IMG/VR virus record: IMGVR_UViG_3300005841_000001
Location: 37,658-101,657 of that record
DNA length: 64,000 bases
Direction: 5' to 3' (one strand)
Origin: a virus
Shown here: positions 25,308 to 34,044 of the stretch, piece after piece
Layout: each line of letters opens with the position of its first letter
Numbering within the stretch: the stretch's first letter is position 1
Made by a program: the position numbers and the translations under genes
Notes under the pieces: model-generated
What the model was told of the DNA's origin: nothing
Database searches by the model: none
Seen by the model: only the letters and a program-made list of their open reading frames with translations

Positions 25308-25817
25308 ATGCCTCACGTGATCGAACCCCTCGCGCTGCCCGCCATGCGGCAGCACACCGGGCTGTACCTCGGCCCGCGCCACGCCAAGCCGGTCACCGAC
25401 GACGTGATTTTGCAGGTCGCGCAGCGCACCACCGGCGGCGGCGCGTCCATCCTGCTCGACGTCGCCGACGTCTCCCGCGCCGTCTGCTGGCTCGTCGCCG
25501 CCACCGGACAGGACCCGAAGGTCGAGGGCTACGGCAGCCGTCGCCAGGCGCCGGGGCCGGTGCTGAACCCGTTCGTCGCCGTCGCCCGCTACGGCGACTA
25601 CGCGGACGTGCTGACCCTGTACGTCGCCGACGGCGAGGTGGTTGCCAGCGTGCAGCACTTCGCGACCGACTTCGGCAACGCGGGCCCGCAGGGCACCACC
25701 CGGCTCACCATCGTGCAGTCCGGGCAGCTGCGCGACTGGCTCGCCGCGTGGCACCTGCACGGCTGGCCGGGTGTCCCCCGCGCCGGCGCCGGCGAGCCGG
25801 CGGCGGTGACCCGGTGA
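25308..25817 (+). CDS. Hypothetical protein
   Basis: AGGAG RBS; start MPHVIEP. Confidence 0.7.
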   Translation: MPHVIEPLALPAMRQHTGLYLGPRHAKPVTDDVILQVAQRTTGGGASILLDVADVSRAVCWLVAATGQDPKVEGYGSRRQAPGPVLNPFVAVARYGDYADVLTLYVADGEVVASVQHFATDFGNAGPQGTTRLTIVQSGQLRDWLAAWHLHGWPGVPRAGAGEPAAVTR

Positions 25818-26221
25818 GCGCCGGCGGTAAGGCCGAGGCGATGTCACGCTTGGTGACGGCCTACGACCGTGTCGGCGGGTACACGGTGTGGGTGGCGAGT
25901 GAGCTCACGCCGCCGGCGCGCCCGGTGTTCGGACCGTGGCCGGCGTGGGTCGGCGCGGCCGCCGAGCTCGCCGAGACGGCGATGCGTCTCGCCGCGACGC
26001 GCATCGAGATGAGCGAGACGGACCCGGTTCCTACCGAGACGCTCGCGCCCGTCGTGGTGCTTCTCGACGAGACGGCGCCGTGGGGTCGCGTCTCGCTGGT
26101 GCGAGACGCGATGGCCCGCGTCGACGTGAACCTGATCATGGTGAACCGAGACGGTACGGTCAGCACGGGCCCGAGTCGCTTCGCGCCGGCCCGAGACGAA
26201 AACGAGACGGAGGAGCCGTGA
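25814..26221 (+). CDS. Hypothetical protein carrying CGAGACG repeats
   Basis: GTGA overlap (alternative ATG 25841). Confidence 0.55.
   Translation: MSAGGKAEAMSRLVTAYDRVGGYTVWVASELTPPARPVFGPWPAWVGAAAELAETAMRLAATRIEMSETDPVPTETLAPVVVLLDETAPWGRVSLVRDAMARVDVNLIMVNRDGTVSTGPSRFAPARDENETEEP
25972..26209 (+). repeat. Cluster of CGAGACG heptamers
   Basis: Forward copies at 25972, 26014, 26035, 26068, 26102, 26147, 26192, 26203; reverse copies at 25985, 26089. Confidence 0.75.
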
Positions 26222-26481
26222 CGCTGCCCGCCCGGAGGGACATCCGCCGTGACCTCGCGGCCGCCGTAACGATCTTGATCGGCCTCACCTTCGCTGTCTG
26301 GTCATGCGCCTGGGGCGGCCCGCCGATGATCTTCATGTGGGGCGCGTGGATCATGTTCGCGTGCGCCGCCAAGCTCGGCTTGCACGAACCGACGCCGCCC
26401 GCGCGCGACCCCGGGCTGGCCGACCCCGAGGACCCGAACGCGATGCATGTCGAGTCCGTGCGCGGGCCTGACACGACGTAG
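26218..26481 (+). CDS. Small two-TM membrane protein
   Basis: GGAGGAG RBS, GTGA overlap; hydrophobic helices. Confidence 0.65.
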   Translation: MTLPARRDIRRDLAAAVTILIGLTFAVWSCAWGGPPMIFMWGAWIMFACAAKLGLHEPTPPARDPGLADPEDPNAMHVESVRGPDTT

Positions 26482-26517
26482 CGCGCACGCGCCTACTCGC
26501 GCGTAGGTACGCGCACG

Positions 26518-26551
26518 AACGCCCCCGCACTCGTGAGTGCGGGGGCGTTTT
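26518..26551 (+). terminator. Intrinsic terminator
   Basis: AACGCCCCCGCACTC-GT-GAGTGCGGGGGCGTTTT. Confidence 0.75.
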
Positions 26552-26672
26552 CCGTGCGGAAAGGGTTGGGAAAGGATCTACAGGTGGGGGCCCATTTTCC
26601 GCCGTTCCGCGGGCCTATGGAAGGCGACGGAACAGGCCCGCGGAACGGCGCGGAAAGCTCGTGGAACGGCGG
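26548..26672. repeat. Candidate clt (cis-acting locus of transfer): GGAA-rich direct and inverted repeats
   Basis: IR GCCGTTCCGCGGGCCT/AGGCCCGCGGAACGGC, repeated GGAACGGCG, about ten GGAA/TTCC cores, immediately 3' of traB-like gene. Confidence 0.5.
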
Positions 26673-28700
26673 TCAGTTCGAGCTGGCCAGCACCTCGGTG
26701 AGCGCCCACGTCCCCTTGCTCGTGCGCCTCACCCGGCCGGCCTCCTCGTGCTCGGACAGCCGCTCGTATACCCACGACTTCTTGCGCGTGGCGGCCTCGC
26801 CCAGCTGTTCGTAGTCGAGCCCGGGCGCGCCCGCTTCGCGCAGCGCGGACAGCAGTGCGGCGCGCGCGTCTTCGTCGCTCAACCGCTCCGGCTCGGCCTT
26901 CAACGCGGCCGCGGTGGCGGCTCGACGCGCGTCGTCCTCGGCGAGCTCTTCGGGCGACATGTGCGCCCGGGCGGCCGCCTGGATGTCCTCGATCGTCGCG
27001 CTACCGTCCTCGACGAACGGCGGGATCGTCTCGGGTCCCGTCTCGCTCGTCTCGCCGTCGGTGACCTGCGCGTCTCCCTCGGCGTCTCGCCCATCTCGTT
27101 CGTCGTCTCGCATCTCGGTGACCTCCTGTCGGTTGGCGTATGCCTCGAGCTTCTCGATCCCGTCTCGGATCGAGTCGGCGTCCATCTCGGGTGTCTCGCC
27201 GCGCATCACGTCGGCGATTTGCTTCACGGTGTTGCGCGTGCCGTTCGAGCCATCGCCCACGAACACGATCCGCATCGGGATCCGGTCGAGCTTGTCGCCG
27301 TCCTGGTGGTAGCACGTACCCGGCCGCTCCGAGTCGATTTCCTCGGCGTGAACGTCACCCACGGTGATGACGAAGCTCTCGCCAGAGCTGCTCTGCATGC
27401 GGAAGCAGAACGCCTGGTCCAGCTGCTCACGGATCTGGCTCGACCCGATCGCGTCGAGGGTGGCGTACTGCGTGGCGATGATCAGCGACACTCCGACGGC
27501 GCGACCCTTGCGGGCGATCTCTTCGACCCGGAAAAGGGCCTTCGAGTCCATCTTCCCGAGCAGCGACGCAGCTTCGTCGATCGAGATCGCGAGCCACGGG
27601 TGCTCAGGTGAGCCCTCCCAGGACTTCCACCCGTACTTCTTCAGCAGCTGTCCGCGGCGCTCCACGATCTGTTCCGCGGCCTCGATCATCCGCATGGCGG
27701 ACGCGTAGTCGTTGACGATCCAGTCGAATACGCCCTCCCACGGGCCGAGCTCGGCGCCACCCTTGAGGTCGATGCCCCACTGCACGACGTCGTCGCACAG
27801 CGACAGCGTGGTCCAGATCAGGTTCAGCAGGCCGGACTTTCCCGACCCCTTGGTGCCGGCGATCAGCAGGTTGCGCGCGCCCCACCCTGCCTTGAAGATC
27901 CGCAGGAACTTCTCGGTGCCGTCGGCCCGGATTCCGACCTTGATCGGGTCGCCGCCGTGCAACGTGCGCAGTCGCGGGCCGTCCTCGGTCGGCTCGATCG
28001 GCGGCGCCCACATGATCCCCTTGGCGTGGGGGTCGTTGAGGGTGACTTGCAAGATCACCGAGTGGTTCGAGCGGCCGTCGCGTTCGATCTTGAGCGAGTT
28101 GTGCGGCAGGTCCAGTGCACCCTCGATCTCGTGCTCGATCTTCTCGACCTTCTTGATCGAGTGCATGCCCGGCTGCCACGACAGCTTGCCGACCCAGCCC
28201 ACCGCGGTGTGCGTGATTCCGACCAGGCGGGTGTCGCCGAGGCCGATCCGCGCGCCACGTACCGGCCAGTGTCGAATCAGGCCCTCGAGGTTCACGCGGG
28301 TGCGCTTGACCTGGTCCATCCAGTGTGGAATTGCCAGCACGATCGTGCCGGAAGCGAGTAGGCCCAGCGCCCACAGCCAGCCCTTGCCGGTGGAGAGTGT
28401 TGCGGCCCAGATGATCCAGCCGTTGATCGAGGTCATGATGGCGAGCCAGTGCAGCCGGCGCCATCCCTCGGGCACCCGGGTGACCACCCAGGCGGTCACT
28501 CCGAGGGTCCACGAGACCATGCAGATGGCCAGCAGCAACGTCTCGATGGTGATGTTGGCGAGGATGCCCATGATCAGCACGGGCACCGCGAGGTACACCG
28601 GCGCGAGGCCGATGCGGTGCATCCGCAGCCACTCGACGAGGCCGTACGATTCGACCTCCTCGACGGCCGGGGCAGAGGTCTTGCGCTTGCCCATGCTCAT
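26673..28700 (-). CDS. traB: TraB-like FtsK/SpoIIIE conjugal DNA translocase
   Basis: N-terminal TM helices, Walker A GTKGSGKS, IDLKGG, Walker B ISIDE, ARKGRAVGVSLIIATQ, acidic linker, C-terminal winged helix (YEQLGEAATRKKSWVYERL..GRV..GTW); start may be 28694. Confidence 0.85.
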   Translation of the reverse strand: MSMGKRKTSAPAVEEVESYGLVEWLRMHRIGLAPVYLAVPVLIMGILANITIETLLLAICMVSWTLGVTAWVVTRVPEGWRRLHWLAIMTSINGWIIWAATLSTGKGWLWALGLLASGTIVLAIPHWMDQVKRTRVNLEGLIRHWPVRGARIGLGDTRLVGITHTAVGWVGKLSWQPGMHSIKKVEKIEHEIEGALDLPHNSLKIERDGRSNHSVILQVTLNDPHAKGIMWAPPIEPTEDGPRLRTLHGGDPIKVGIRADGTEKFLRIFKAGWGARNLLIAGTKGSGKSGLLNLIWTTLSLCDDVVQWGIDLKGGAELGPWEGVFDWIVNDYASAMRMIEAAEQIVERRGQLLKKYGWKSWEGSPEHPWLAISIDEAASLLGKMDSKALFRVEEIARKGRAVGVSLIIATQYATLDAIGSSQIREQLDQAFCFRMQSSSGESFVITVGDVHAEEIDSERPGTCYHQDGDKLDRIPMRIVFVGDGSNGTRNTVKQIADVMRGETPEMDADSIRDGIEKLEAYANRQEVTEMRDDERDGRDAEGDAQVTDGETSETGPETIPPFVEDGSATIEDIQAAARAHMSPEELAEDDARRAATAAALKAEPERLSDEDARAALLSALREAGAPGLDYEQLGEAATRKKSWVYERLSEHEEAGRVRRTSKGTWALTEVLASSN
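27027..27198 (-). repeat. Second CGAGACG cluster inside traB linker (opposite orientation)
   Basis: Plus-strand CGTCTCG at 27027, 27039, 27048, 27083, 27104, 27161 plus one-mismatch copies at 27071, 27092, 27111, 27183, 27192. Confidence 0.7.
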
Positions 28701-28761
28701 CTCCTTTACGGGCAGGGCCCGGCCGAGGAGTCCCCGGCCGGGCGCGTCGTGTTTTTCCTGG

Positions 28762-29991
28762 TCAGCTGCGTGCCGGCGCGATCGCCGGCGCGGTGAGCAT
28801 GCCGCGCAGGTACGGCCAGTAGTACGTTTCGAAGTCCGCGATCACGGTGGTCAGACCGCGCGCGGTCTGCGCCATGCCTTCGCGAGCCATCCGCATCCCG
28901 GGTCGCGTGATCGACATGTCGATGTTGCAACCGCGCTGCGGACCACCCGGTCGATTCAGGGTGCGCTCTGCCGTGTCGAGCGCCTCGGCGCCGACGACGA
29001 ACGCGCGCTCGAGTCCGACGATCCAGGCGCGGAGTTCGTCGAGGGTCCACGGCTTGTCCGCTCGAGGCTTGAGCTCACCCCACGCGAGCAGCGCCTGTTG
29101 CACATTGCGTGCCTCACCGCAGTCGGTCATCGCCTTTTCTCCAATCCTGACGAGCTGGTCACTGTGGGCCTTGATGTAGTCCTCGGCCTTGAACCGGCGC
29201 CGGCGGTGGCCGGGGCGGTGTCGCCCGGCCGGCGTGCGCCGGCGGCCGCGGCGTCCGTGCGCCGGCGGCAGGACGCGTACGGTGCCTGCCGTCGCCTTCG
29301 TCGTGCCGGGGGCGAGCAGGGCCTGCTCGCCCGAGCCGGTCGCCAGTGACGCCTCGCCTTCGTGCTCGGCGAGCCAATGCGCGTTCAGCGCCTCGGCGTT
29401 GGCGTAGGTCTTGTCGCAGCACTGGAACTTCGAGCCCCACCCTGCTGGGCGTCGCTTGCGCGGCGAGGTCGCTGCCTGGGCCGCACGCCGGGCGCGGGCC
29501 CGCTTCGCAGCTTTGGCCGCTTTCGTGGCAATGCGCACTGAGCCGGCGGTCGTCGCCCCTGCGCCGACCGCCACCCACGCCACAGCGCGGGTGATCTTCA
29601 TCTTCTTGGGGATCCGGTGCACGAACTTCTTGCGCGCCTTCCACCGGTCCTTGGTGGTCTTCTGCTTCTTGGTCTTGGGCGTCTTGCCCGGCTTCAACGA
29701 CGCCGGCAGCTTCGCCGGCTTGGCGCCCACGGTGCCGGTTGCCGTCGCGGCCGCGACCTCCGCCGCCCGGCGTTGGGCCCGGGTCTGCTTGACCTCTCCG
29801 GTCTGGGCGAGCATGCGCAGGGCCTCGCGCGCCTGCTCTTCGCGACCAACCTCATGGCGCAAGCTTCGCTTGGCGCCGGTACCCAGATCAGCGTCGGCGG
29901 GCCTGTTGGTGTCAGCGTTTCGTCGACGTTGCCGCGCGGTTCGCTCGTCCCTGCGCAGGGTCCCGTCCCCGAGTCGCTCAGGCTGGCTCAC
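28762..29991 (-). CDS. Basic protein with one TM-like segment and C2H2-like finger; probable transfer/spread accessory
   Basis: FQCCDKTYANAEALNAHWLAEH; GTG overlaps DUF2637 stop; co-oriented with traB. Confidence 0.65.
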   Translation of the reverse strand: MSQPERLGDGTLRRDERTARQRRRNADTNRPADADLGTGAKRSLRHEVGREEQAREALRMLAQTGEVKQTRAQRRAAEVAAATATGTVGAKPAKLPASLKPGKTPKTKKQKTTKDRWKARKKFVHRIPKKMKITRAVAWVAVGAGATTAGSVRIATKAAKAAKRARARRAAQAATSPRKRRPAGWGSKFQCCDKTYANAEALNAHWLAEHEGEASLATGSGEQALLAPGTTKATAGTVRVLPPAHGRRGRRRTPAGRHRPGHRRRRFKAEDYIKAHSDQLVRIGEKAMTDCGEARNVQQALLAWGELKPRADKPWTLDELRAWIVGLERAFVVGAEALDTAERTLNRPGGPQRGCNIDMSITRPGMRMAREGMAQTARGLTTVIADFETYYWPYLRGMLTAPAIAPARS

Positions 29992-30767
29992 TGTGCGATC
30001 GCCTCCTTGGTCTCCTGCTGCTGCGCGAGCCACGTCGCGCGCACCTTCCGGCCGAGCGTCGGCCGGGTGCCGAGGTACTGCGCACCGAACCGGTCCAGTT
30101 CGGCGCCGGTGGTGTCTCCGTGCTCGTCGAGGTAGCGCAGCATCGCGTCACGGGGGCGGCTACGCAGGTCGTCGGTGAGCCATGCCGGCGCGCCGGCGAC
30201 AGGCAAGGCCTCGCCTTCGCCGGAGAGGACTCGCAGCGACGTCCCCGTAGCGGGCGCCGCGTCCGGCTCGACCGCTACCGGGGGGGCGGGGACGTCGCTG
30301 CTGGGAACCCCCGACGCTGCTGGTGACGGCACAGCAGCGGCGGGGGCGGCCTTGCGAGCGCGCTTGATGCGCGGCTTCACGTCGAGGCGGACCAGCTTCA
30401 GGATCAGTTCGTACGCGAACGCGAACGCGGCGGCCGGCCACATGTTGATCACCTGTCCGGCGGCGTCCGCCGCGGGTGCGGAGAAGTTCGCTACCAGGGA
30501 AATCGCGAGCGCGACCACGATCGCTACAACGGCGAGCGCGGGGACCTTTTCGCCGTTGCGGCGGGCCTGCACGACCACGATCGAGGCAACCACCATGAGT
30601 GCGTCGACGGACAGCGGAGTGAGCCACGAGAGCCACTCGGTTCCGGTGGCCGCGTGGTGGGCAGCGAGCTCCCGCATGTGCACGTAGCTGGCCGTGGCTG
30701 CCACGCCGGCGACCAGGCCACCGAAGCCAAGACCGGCGTTCCGGACGCTTGCGCTGGTGCTCGACAT
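29988..30767 (-). CDS. DUF2637 / Spd-like membrane protein
   Basis: AATASYVHMRELAA..WLTPLSVDALMVVAS..SLVAN..WPAAAF..ELI four-TM pattern, Pro/Ala linker, C-terminal HTH-like region. Confidence 0.8.
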   Translation of the reverse strand: MSSTSASVRNAGLGFGGLVAGVAATASYVHMRELAAHHAATGTEWLSWLTPLSVDALMVVASIVVVQARRNGEKVPALAVVAIVVALAISLVANFSAPAADAAGQVINMWPAAAFAFAYELILKLVRLDVKPRIKRARKAAPAAAVPSPAASGVPSSDVPAPPVAVEPDAAPATGTSLRVLSGEGEALPVAGAPAWLTDDLRSRPRDAMLRYLDEHGDTTGAELDRFGAQYLGTRPTLGRKVRATWLAQQQETKEAIAQ

Positions 30768-30818
30768 GCCCACTCTTCCTGTCGATTTGTCGACTGGTCA
30801 GTAGCTACGGTTTGTACG

Positions 30819-30857
30819 TACCACTATGCAACTGGTGCACCCAGTTGTAAAGTGGTA
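30819..30857. promoter_or_regulatory. Inverted-repeat operator between divergent tra operon and GntR gene
   Basis: TACCACTATGCAACTGG-N5-CCAGTTGTAAAGTGGTA (15/17 match) in a lower-GC intergenic region. Confidence 0.7.
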
Positions 30858-30887
30858 GCCACCAGTGGATCGGAAGGGAATACGAAC

Positions 30888-31631
30888 TTGACCAAGAAAC
30901 AGGACGTAGCGGACGCCCTTCTCGAGGCGATCACCGCTGGTCAGCTGCGTCCTGGCCATAGGTTGCCCTCGGAGCGAGAGCTGGCCGACAAGCACAGCGC
31001 CAGTCGCGAGGCCGTGCGCGGCGCGCTGCACCTGCTCGCCGAGACCGGCCACGTCTACGCCGAACACGGATCCGGCTGGTATGTCCGCGACCTCGAGCCG
31101 CTGCGTTACCCGCTGCACACCATCGACGCCGGCCGAGCCAGCGCCACCGCCGACGTCTGGGACAAGTTCGTGCTCGGACTGGGGCGCACCGCAGGCAGTG
31201 AGCTCATCGTCAACCCGAGCGTCATCCCGCCCGAACGCATCCGCGCGAAGCTGGGACTCGAGTACGGCGAACCCGCGGTCGAGCGGCGCCGCGTCCGGCT
31301 CGTCGACCGCGAGCCGTGGATGATCTCGACCGGGTGGTGGCCGCGGTGGATCGCCAAGGGCACGGACATCGAGAAGCCGCACCAATGCTCCCCGCTGAAG
31401 ATCGCCGGACAGCTGGGCCATGGGCAGTTCAAGAGCGAAAACGAGATCGCTTCACGGATGCCGTTCGGCTCCGAAGTCGAGGTGCTCAAGACCGGGCGCG
31501 GCGTCCCGGTGATGGACATGCTCACCACCGGATGGGACGAGGGCGGCCGCGCAATCCGCTGCACGTCCGATGTCTTCCCTGCCCACCGGTTCCTGCTGGT
31601 TTTCCAACACGACTGGAGCGACGGAAGATGA
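30888..31631 (+). CDS. GntR/HutC-family repressor (KorA/TraR/KorSA-like) with UTRA domain
   Basis: IxAGQLRPGHRLPSERELADKHSASREAVRGALHLL..G..GSGWYV; UTRA ERRRVRLVDREP; TTG start. Confidence 0.9.
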   Translation: MTKKQDVADALLEAITAGQLRPGHRLPSERELADKHSASREAVRGALHLLAETGHVYAEHGSGWYVRDLEPLRYPLHTIDAGRASATADVWDKFVLGLGRTAGSELIVNPSVIPPERIRAKLGLEYGEPAVERRRVRLVDREPWMISTGWWPRWIAKGTDIEKPHQCSPLKIAGQLGHGQFKSENEIASRMPFGSEVEVLKTGRGVPVMDMLTTGWDEGGRAIRCTSDVFPAHRFLLVFQHDWSDGR

Positions 31632-32185
31632 CCGCCACCATGACCAACCCGGCCGCCGAGAAGAGCCTGCATGTCGAGGCTGTCGACAGCGAGATGATCG
31701 AATACGCGCTGGGCCCGCTCGACGCCGCTGCGCGCTGGCTCGCCGACTGCGGGATCGAACAGTGGCCCATGTCGTTCACCGAGTCGCCCAAGCGCACCGA
31801 CTGGCTCAAGGAACAGGCCGACCTCGGCAACGTCCTCGTGTGGTTCGCGCTCGGCACCAATCCGGTCGCCACCCTCACGCTGACCCCGTGGCAGGACCCC
31901 GACTTCGCCGCTGGCTGGCCGCAACGGGACGCGTTCGCGCAGTATGTTGCCCGGTTCGCCGTCGCGTCGCTCGGCCGGCGGTTGCTGCCCGGTCTCGGCG
32001 CGCGCATGCTCGATCACGCCGCCACGATCGCTGCGCAGCGTGGCGCCCGGGTCTTGCGTCTGGACTGCGCGAAGCGCAACGACCGGCTCCAGCGCTACTA
32101 CCTGGACCACGGGTTCGAGCACGTCGGCACTGTGGAAGTCCCGGGCCGCAAGTCCGGCGCGCTGTTCGAAAGGGTCATCCCATGA
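31628..32185 (+). CDS. GNAT-family N-acetyltransferase
   Basis: WL..GIEQW, YVARFAV..PGLGARML, LRLDC..NDRLQRYY..GF. Confidence 0.85.
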   Translation: MTATMTNPAAEKSLHVEAVDSEMIEYALGPLDAAARWLADCGIEQWPMSFTESPKRTDWLKEQADLGNVLVWFALGTNPVATLTLTPWQDPDFAAGWPQRDAFAQYVARFAVASLGRRLLPGLGARMLDHAATIAAQRGARVLRLDCAKRNDRLQRYYLDHGFEHVGTVEVPGRKSGALFERVIP

Positions 32186-32349
32186 ACATCAACTGGAAGT
32201 TCTGGATCGGCCTCGCTATCACGGCGCTGATCCTGTACGCGGTGATCAAGTACCCCGAGACATCCGCCGCCAACGTGCACACCGGACTGAACAAGGCCGG
32301 TGACGGCGCTGACCACATCGGCACCTTCCTCGGCGGCCTGTTCAAATAG
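32182..32349 (+). CDS. Small membrane protein
   Basis: ATGA overlap; KFWIGLAITALILYAVIK; hairpin 32361-32398 follows. Confidence 0.65.
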   Translation: MNINWKFWIGLAITALILYAVIKYPETSAANVHTGLNKAGDGADHIGTFLGGLFK

Positions 32350-32448
32350 CCCGCTCCACCCGAACGCCGAGGTCCCCCGCGTGGTGACCTCGGCGTTCTG
32401 TCGTTCCCGGCTACCCTCGGCACGTGATCGTGACGGAGGTGGCGAAGC

Positions 32449-34044
32449 GTGGCCAAGCGTGAGTTCCTGCCCGCATTGCGCGGCCTCGCCGCCGCCGTGT
32501 GGGGCAGTGGCGCCGTGGAGTCCAAGGACCTCGCGCAGCGGGTGCGCGCATCCTCGGCCGGCTACCAAACCCCTGGTCAGCCCTACGTCGATAACTGGAA
32601 CGTCCGCCGCGCCACGAAGGAAGCCTACGAGGGAAACCCGCTGGTCTACCGGGCCATCGAGGTCATCTGCCAGCAGGCGATCGCCCAGCGGATCATTATC
32701 CGCCGCGGTGACCCGGAGGAAGGCCCGATCGTCCGCCCCGGCAACGACCCAAGTCGCCTGCTCTACGTGCTCAACCGCCGGGCGAACCCGTGGGAAACCG
32801 CGCTGATCTTCCGGCATCGGCTGGTCGCGCAGTTCCTGCTCTCTTCGCGCGGCGTCTTCATCGAGGTCATCCGCACGCGCTCGGGCAAGATCGGCATCCT
32901 CAACCTCCTCGACCCGGACCTGTGCGCGAACATCCCGGTCGAAAAGCGCGATCCCGTCACCAACGAGGTCCTCGAGTCCGACCCGATTGGCGTGGTGGAA
33001 GTCCAGGTCCCCGGAGGCGGGTACGACTACCTGCCCCGGTTCAACCCGCACGCCACCGCTGAGAACCAGCCGGCTTCCGTCCTGTGGATCCGCTCACCGC
33101 ACCCGCTCGTGCTCTGGCGGGGCATGTCCCCCGTTCAGGCGGCTGGCCTGCCGATCGACCTCGACCGTTACGCCCGGATTTACAACCGCCGGTTCCTCCA
33201 GAACGACGGCCGGCCCGGCGGGCTGATCTCGATCAAAGGCACCGTCGACAAGGGCACGATGGAGCGGATCCAAGCCCAGTTCAACGGCGGCCCCGAGTCG
33301 GCCGGCCGGACCACCGTCGTCGAGGGTGACTCGGTCAGCTACGCCGACACCTCCGGCAGCCCCCGGGACATGCTGTGGGGTGAGCTGTCGAACGCCACCC
33401 GCAAGGACATTGCGATGACCTTCGGTACGCCCGAGTCGGTGCTGGGAGACGCGTCCGGGCGCACGTTCGACAACGCGGATGCCGAGTGGGAGATCTTTTG
33501 GGAGGGGCGAATGAAGCCCCTGCTGGGCACGTTGGACGATCAACTCGACGTGCTTACTGGCGGGTACGACGACGACTTCTACCTGCGTCACGACCTGTCC
33601 AAAGTGTACGTTTTGGGTCGTCACCAGCGCGCCGAAGAAGATCGCGCCGTTGCCGACTACGACAAGGGCATCCGCACCATCGACGAAGTTCGGGACGTCA
33701 AGAGGCTGAGGACGTACGACATCCCCGCTACCCGTGTGCTCTGGCTCGCCGGCGGCAAAATCCCCGTCGGGCAGGACGAGGCCGACACCGAAGCGGCCGC
33801 CGCGCTCCAGACTGCCGGCATCGGACAACCGGCCAACGCCGGCGCCGAAGCGCAGGCCGGCGCCGCGGTTGGGTCGGCGCTCGGCGCTCGGATCTCTGCC
33901 AACGACAACGACGCCCGCGTCCTGCGCGTGCAGTCTTCGCGCGCGGACCTCGAGCCGGCCCTGGGCACCAAGGCGCTGCCCGCGGAGGATCCGGAGGGTG
34001 AGCAGAGCCGCGCGCGAGCCGTACGCACCCCTGAGTGGCGATGA
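32449..34044 (+). CDS. Portal protein (HK97 type)
   Basis: VYRAIEVI, LLYVLNRRANPW, GMSPVQAA, NDGRPGGLI, IAMTFGTPESVLG, TFDNA, TIDEVR. Confidence 0.92.
   Translation: MAKREFLPALRGLAAAVWGSGAVESKDLAQRVRASSAGYQTPGQPYVDNWNVRRATKEAYEGNPLVYRAIEVICQQAIAQRIIIRRGDPEEGPIVRPGNDPSRLLYVLNRRANPWETALIFRHRLVAQFLLSSRGVFIEVIRTRSGKIGILNLLDPDLCANIPVEKRDPVTNEVLESDPIGVVEVQVPGGGYDYLPRFNPHATAENQPASVLWIRSPHPLVLWRGMSPVQAAGLPIDLDRYARIYNRRFLQNDGRPGGLISIKGTVDKGTMERIQAQFNGGPESAGRTTVVEGDSVSYADTSGSPRDMLWGELSNATRKDIAMTFGTPESVLGDASGRTFDNADAEWEIFWEGRMKPLLGTLDDQLDVLTGGYDDDFYLRHDLSKVYVLGRHQRAEEDRAVADYDKGIRTIDEVRDVKRLRTYDIPATRVLWLAGGKIPVGQDEADTEAAAALQTAGIGQPANAGAEAQAGAAVGSALGARISANDNDARVLRVQSSRADLEPALGTKALPAEDPEGEQSRARAVRTPEWR

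Noticed and set aside
26673-31631. Complete inserted AICE
   Set aside because: No integrase, excisionase, RepSA/prim-pol or flanking att repeats were seen next to the module within this window.
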